The notes under the pieces were generated by a model that did not search any database, was not told the DNA's origin, and saw only the letters and a program-made list of their open reading frames with translations. Made by a program: the position numbers and the translations under genes. A stretch of 64,000 bases of DNA from Candidatus Eiseniibacteriota bacterium (lineage in GTDB: Bacteria; Eisenbacteria; RBG-16-71-46): contig CAVZLN010000009.1 of NCBI GenBank assembly GCA_963776245.1, positions 96,001 through 160,000 of the forward strand, given 5' to 3'. Of the stretch, positions 59,619-64,000 are shown piece by piece (the first letter of the stretch is position 1; every line of letters begins with the position of its first letter).

Positions 59619-62102
59619 TCATCGGAGCAAGGCCACTCGCCGAGTCAAGCGGGTTCCGGGTCCCACCAGTCTGATGAAGTACATCCCCGTCCCCAACCTC
59701 GCGCCGGACTCGTTCGTCCCATCCCACGTCACCGTCGCTGCGCCCGCGTGTCCCTCGGCGTCCACCAGCGTGCGCAGCAGTCGCCCGCTCAGGTCATACA
59801 CGCCGAGGCGCACCCGGCCTGCATGCGTGAGGGAGTAACTCAGCACCGTGGTCCCACGGGTGGGATTCGGAGCCGGTGGACGCAGGCGATCGATCGAAGG
59901 TGGGGTCTCGGGACCTTCGACTCCCAGCACGCCCGGCGACCGCAGCGCCCAGGCATCCGCGAAATAGGTGGGGCCTTCGTAGTCGATCCCACCGAACATC
60001 ACCATGCGGTCGCGCGCAGGGTCGTAGATCGCGCTGTGCCCTGATCGCGCGCTCGGAGGCGAGCCATCCGGGGTCTGCGCCTGCCACGACGGCGTGCCCG
60101 CCAGCGACAACGCCCAGACGTCATTGCGAGGACCGGATCCCCCGAACACCAACATGCGGTCCCGCGCCGGGTCGTAGATCGCGCTATGCCCCCACCGTGC
60201 GCCTGGCGGCGTGCCGGTGGGCGTCAGTCCCGCCCACGCCGGCGTACCCGCCAGCGACAGTGCCCACACATCATCGACGTAGTCGCCCGATACCTCGGAA
60301 CCCCCGAACACCACCATGCGGTCCCGCACCGGGTCGTAGATCGCGCGGTGGCCCAGGCGCGCGCTCGGTGGCGTTCCCGTGGGAGCCAGCGCGAGCCAGG
60401 CCGGCGGGTTGCCCAGCGACAGGGCCCAGACGTCGCTGAGGTAGCCGGCACCGTGTCCCCCGAACACCACCATGCGGTCGCGTATGGGATCGTAGACCGC
60501 GCTGTGCCACGCCCGCGTTCCCGGCGGCGTGCCCGTGGGCAACAACATCGTCCACGCTGGGGGGTCCGCCAGTGACAGCACCCAGACATCGTTGAGATAG
60601 ACATCACCGTACCCCCCGAACACCACCATGCGGTTGCGCACCGGGTCGTAGATCGCGCTGTGATCGGACCGCGCGGCGGGGGGCGTGCCGGTGGGCGTCA
60701 GCGCCGACCACGTCGGCGTGCCCGCCAGTGAGAGCACCCAGACTTCATCGAGGTGCCCGAGCGCATTCGATCCCCCGAACACCACCATGCGGTCGCGCAC
60801 CGGGTCGTGGATCGTGGTATGGCCGGACCGCCCGGGTGGGGGCGGGTTGGCGGGCATCAGCGACGCCCACGCCGGCGTGCCCACCAGCGACAGCTCCCAG
60901 GCGTCGTCGAGGGAGGAGTAACCATCGCATCCTCCGAATATCACCATGCGGCCACGCACCGGGTCATAGACCGCACTGTGGCCATACCGCCCGCTCGGCG
61001 ACACGCCCGCGGGGGTCAGGTCAGTCCACGCCGGCGTGCCCGCCAACGACAGAGCCCAGAGATCTTCGGGGTTGTACCCTCCTGATCCCGAGAACACGAC
61101 CATGCGATCGCCCACCGGGTCGTAGATCGCGCTGTGGGCATGTCGCCCGCCGAGTGGCGTGAGCGCCGGGGTCAGTTCGGTCCATGTCTCCGTGTCCCCC
61201 AGCGACAGCGCCCAGACGTCATAGCCGAAGCCGCCGCCGATCCCTCCGAACACCACCATGCGCTCCCGTACCGGATCGAAGATCGCGCTGTGCCAGGACC
61301 GACCGCCCGGTGAGGTGCCGGTGGGTGTCATCAAAGTCCACGTCGGCGCGCCCGCCAGCGAAAGCGTCCAGGCATCGTCGAAGAGGCTCGTATCGCTCCA
61401 TCCACCGAACACCACCATGCGATCGTGCACCGGGTCGTAGACCGCACTGTGCCCGGACCGAGCGGCCGGCGGCGTGCCCGTGGGTATCAGCGCCGTCCAC
61501 GCCGGCGCGCCCGCCAGCGACAGTACCCAGACATCGTCGAAGGACGTCCCGGGATCACCCCGTCCCCCGAACACCACCATGCGGTCGCGCACCGGGTCGT
61601 AGATCACGCTGTGGCCCATCCGCGCGCTCGGCGCGGTGCCGGCGGGCGTCAGCGGCGTCCACCTCGGCGGTCCTGCCAGCGACAGCGTCCACACATCGTT
61701 GCGATACGCGCCGGCGCCATCCCACCCTCCGAACACCACCATGCGCTCGCGCACCGGGTCATAGATCGCATCGTGGCCATCCCGCGGGCTGACGAGGAGC
61801 TCGGTCCATGCGCCCTCGCCCCCCGTTGACGTGAGTTCAGTTCGCGCGACCCGGGCGTCCGCAGCATCGGGATCATGCGCCGACTCCTCGCCTGCGCGGG
61901 CCAGGCGCAGCATGTAGTCGCGCTGCCAGCGGGGAAGCAGCGTGTCCCCCGCGGCCTGCGCCAATCGCTCGCGCATGTAGGGTGCCATCGCTGGCGCACC
62001 GGGAGCCGTTGGCTGGCCGGAGGCGATCCTGGGGACGGCCACACTGACGAGCAGGAGCAGAAGCACCCGCGCACTGGACTGAAACGACAACGGCGGTCTC
62101 AT
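59619..62102 (-). CDS. Secreted Kelch-repeat beta-propeller protein (12 repeats) with C-terminal FlgD/T9SS-like Ig domain
   Basis: Signal peptide; 12 x RxxHSAIYDPVRDRMVVFGG..DVWxLSL..PxW; C-terminal PNPTRG..YDLSGRLLRTL..WDGTNESG..GMYFIRL. Confidence 0.92.
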   Translation of the reverse strand: MRPPLSFQSSARVLLLLLVSVAVPRIASGQPTAPGAPAMAPYMRERLAQAAGDTLLPRWQRDYMLRLARAGEESAHDPDAADARVARTELTSTGGEGAWTELLVSPRDGHDAIYDPVRERMVVFGGWDGAGAYRNDVWTLSLAGPPRWTPLTPAGTAPSARMGHSVIYDPVRDRMVVFGGRGDPGTSFDDVWVLSLAGAPAWTALIPTGTPPAARSGHSAVYDPVHDRMVVFGGWSDTSLFDDAWTLSLAGAPTWTLMTPTGTSPGGRSWHSAIFDPVRERMVVFGGIGGGFGYDVWALSLGDTETWTELTPALTPLGGRHAHSAIYDPVGDRMVVFSGSGGYNPEDLWALSLAGTPAWTDLTPAGVSPSGRYGHSAVYDPVRGRMVIFGGCDGYSSLDDAWELSLVGTPAWASLMPANPPPPGRSGHTTIHDPVRDRMVVFGGSNALGHLDEVWVLSLAGTPTWSALTPTGTPPAARSDHSAIYDPVRNRMVVFGGYGDVYLNDVWVLSLADPPAWTMLLPTGTPPGTRAWHSAVYDPIRDRMVVFGGHGAGYLSDVWALSLGNPPAWLALAPTGTPPSARLGHRAIYDPVRDRMVVFGGSEVSGDYVDDVWALSLAGTPAWAGLTPTGTPPGARWGHSAIYDPARDRMLVFGGSGPRNDVWALSLAGTPSWQAQTPDGSPPSARSGHSAIYDPARDRMVMFGGIDYEGPTYFADAWALRSPGVLGVEGPETPPSIDRLRPPAPNPTRGTTVLSYSLTHAGRVRLGVYDLSGRLLRTLVDAEGHAGAATVTWDGTNESGARLGTGMYFIRLVGPGTRLTRRVALLR

Positions 62103-62390
62103 CGGCGGCCCTCCGAGTGCGATCCATGCTCGCCTGCGCTCCGCCGCCCGACTCTACATCGGTTCGGTCGCGCCACACCGCGAGAAGGGGACGGGGCACT
62201 CTCCAGGGCACGGGCGCAATGACGGGGAGGGGCGAGACGTTGGGCCGCCGTCGACGCAAGATCCGGCGAGGACAGTTGTTGAAAGGCCTCCGGGCGGCGG
62301 ATCCAGATCCCTCTGGCCGCGCCCCGGCTCGAACTCGGCGCGCCAGGCGCACGGTGGGGCGCCGTCGGCGCTCGCGCACTATGGCGGGGT

Positions 62391-62466
62391 TGGTAGCGCT
62401 ACGGGGATTCGAACCCCGGTCTGATGGCTGAGAACCATCTGTCCTAGACCCCTAGACGATAGCGCC
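62391..62466 (-). tRNA. tRNA-Glu (CTC)
   Basis: GGCGCTA..TAGCGCT-ACCA acceptor; anticodon arm GATGG-TTCTCAG-CCATC; GTTCGAATC T-loop; 76 nt. Confidence 0.97.
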
Positions 62467-62476
62467 CCGAAACAGA

Positions 62477-62550
62477 TGGCTGCCCGGCAAGGATTCGAAC
62501 CTCGACTAACTGGTCCAGAGCCAGTCGTGCTACCGTTACACTACCGGGCA
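62477..62550 (-). tRNA. tRNA-Gln (CTG)
   Basis: TGCCCGG..CCGGGCA-GCCA acceptor (U1-A72); arm ACTGG-CTCTGGA-CCAGT; GTTCGAATC; 74 nt. Confidence 0.97.
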
Positions 62551-62567
62551 GCGCAGAAGCGGCGCGC

Positions 62568-62596
62568 ACTCTAGCATCGCTTCCACGGGCGTTCAA
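62568..62596 (-). promoter_or_regulatory. Sigma-70 promoter for tRNA-Gln/tRNA-Glu
   Basis: Minus strand TTGAAC-N17-TAGAGT with TGn and GC-rich discriminator. Confidence 0.6.
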
Positions 62597-64000
62597 GCGC
62601 CTGCGGCGCCCCGTCCCCCCGCGTGCGGCGACTCCCGTTCCCACCCCGCCGCCGCCGCCGTCAGCCGTGTCACCGCGAGCGCGCGCCCGACCAGCCACAT
62701 CACCTCGAACAGCCCCGGGGCGGCGGTGCGCCCGGTGAGCGCGATCCGGGCGGCGGTCATGAGCTCGCCCGGCTTGATGCCCTGTTCCGCCGCCAGCCCG
62801 CGCGTGACGCGCTCGAGGCTCGCGAGGTCGAACTCCGCGTCGTCGCGCAGTCGCGCGGCCAGCGCGCGCAGGCGCGGTCCGGCCTCGGCCCGCGCCAGCA
62901 GGTCGGCCCACGCGGCCGGATCCATCTCGAGGTCCTCGCTCAACGCGAACGCCCCCACCGATGCCGCGTCGGCCAGGGTCTTGAGCCGGTCGCCGAGCGC
63001 GCGCACGAACGCGATCCGCCACTCCGGCGAGCGCGCCAGCAGGTCATGGCCGCGCGCGAGCAGGAACCCCTCGACCAGGCGCGTGCGCGTCTCGAGGTCC
63101 AGGCGCTTGAGATGCTGGGCGTTCATCCACTCGAGCTTCTGCAGGTCGAACACCGCCGGGCTGGCGATCACGCGCTCGAGCCGGAATTCGCGCTCGAGCT
63201 CGGCGAGCGTGAGCACCTCGCGGTCGTCGCCCGGCGACCAGCCGAGCAGCGCGAGGAAGTTCACCAGCGCCTCCGGCACGTAGCCGAGGTCGCGGAACGC
63301 CTCGACCGAGGTGGCGCCGTGGCGCTTGGAGAGCCGCGCGCCGTCGCTGCCGAGGATCATCGACACGTGCGCGAACACCGGCCGCGCCCAGCCGAACGCG
63401 TCGTAGAGCAGGATCTGGCGGGGCGTGTTCGAGATGTGATCGTCGCCGCGGATGACGTGCGTGATGTCCATCTCGTGGTCGTCCACCACGCACGCGAAAT
63501 TGTAGGTCGGCAGCCCATCGGAGCGCATCAGGACGAAGTCGTCGAGCACCTCGTTGGGGAACGTCACCCGCCCGCGCACCACGTCGTCCCACGCGGTCTC
63601 CCCGGCCGGATCGTGCGCGAACCGCAGCGCCGGAGCGCGCCCCTCCGCCGCGAGCGCGGCACGCGCCGCGTCGTCGAGCCGGCGGCAGCGGCCGTCGTAG
63701 CCCGCGGCGCCGCGCTCCGGTCCCGCGGCGCGGCGCGCCTCGAGCTCGTCCGCCGTGCAATAGCACGGATACGCGCGCCCCGCGGCGCGCAGCGCGTCGG
63801 CATGAAGGCGATAGCGCCCGCGGCGCTCGGACTGGAAGTACGGGCCGTACGGTCCGCTCTTGTCCGGTCCTTCGTCCCACTCGAGCCCGAGCCAGCGCAG
63901 GCTGTCGAGGATGGTGCGCACCGACTCCTCGGTGGAGCGCGCGGCGTCGGTGTCCTCGATGCGCAGCACGAACGCCCCTCCCCGCCCCCGCGCGAACAGC
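62593..64000 (-). CDS. gltX: Glutamate--tRNA ligase, 5' end outside window
   Basis: LRIEDTD, WDEGP, PTYNFA, IRGDDH, LSKRHGA, LALLGWS, anticodon-binding domain; followed by tRNA-Gln/Glu. Confidence 0.97.
   Translation of the reverse strand, partial: LFARGRGGAFVLRIEDTDAARSTEESVRTILDSLRWLGLEWDEGPDKSGPYGPYFQSERRGRYRLHADALRAAGRAYPCYCTADELEARRAAGPERGAAGYDGRCRRLDDAARAALAAEGRAPALRFAHDPAGETAWDDVVRGRVTFPNEVLDDFVLMRSDGLPTYNFACVVDDHEMDITHVIRGDDHISNTPRQILLYDAFGWARPVFAHVSMILGSDGARLSKRHGATSVEAFRDLGYVPEALVNFLALLGWSPGDDREVLTLAELEREFRLERVIASPAVFDLQKLEWMNAQHLKRLDLETRTRLVEGFLLARGHDLLARSPEWRIAFVRALGDRLKTLADAASVGAFALSEDLEMDPAAWADLLARAEAGPRLRALAARLRDDAEFDLASLERVTRGLAAEQGIKPGELMTAARIALTGRTAAPGLFEVMWLVGRALAVTRLTAAAAGWERESPHAGGRGAAGA

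Noticed and set aside
59945..61790. Regular repeats of about 160 bp resembling a CRISPR array or DGR template
   Set aside because: In-frame coding Kelch repeats; no cas genes or reverse transcriptase in the window
59400..62390. Genomic island integrated at tRNA-Glu
   Set aside because: No integrase and no duplicated tRNA 3' end found; only a mild compositional difference

Overview
Very GC-rich chromosomal window from a diderm bacterium. The GWxTD protein, FlgD/T9SS-like C-terminal domains, lipoproteins and beta-barrels suggest Candidatus Eisenbacteria or a related FCB-group lineage (inference only). Contents in order: (1) a minus-strand housekeeping run, mreBCD-mrdA-rodA-lgt-aroE-comF-cbiMQO-rarA, then apbC-iscS-pdxS-pdxT-nrnA; (2) an envelope block of about 12 kb with a predicted OM beta-barrel plus two paralogous lipoproteins, a porin-like barrel, NlpC/P60, GWxTD, an M6 protease and an M23 peptidase; (3) ileS preceded by a complete T-box riboswitch with an Ile (AUC) specifier; (4) a deoxynucleoside kinase; (5) a minus-strand Wzx/Wzy exopolysaccharide locus of about 27 kb that runs into exosortase, EpsI, a TPR lipoprotein and PrsK/PrsR-like two-component genes, with two phosphoglycosyltransferase fusions and one frameshift; (6) a 12-repeat Kelch protein, tRNA-Glu(CTC), tRNA-Gln(CTG) and partial gltX. 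The strongest non-coding signals are the T-box and a candidate sigma-54-driven three-hairpin small RNA with anti-SD loops. No CRISPR array, integrase or transposase was seen. All calls come from motifs read by eye with no database search, and start codons were chosen from stop/start overlaps and RBS context.
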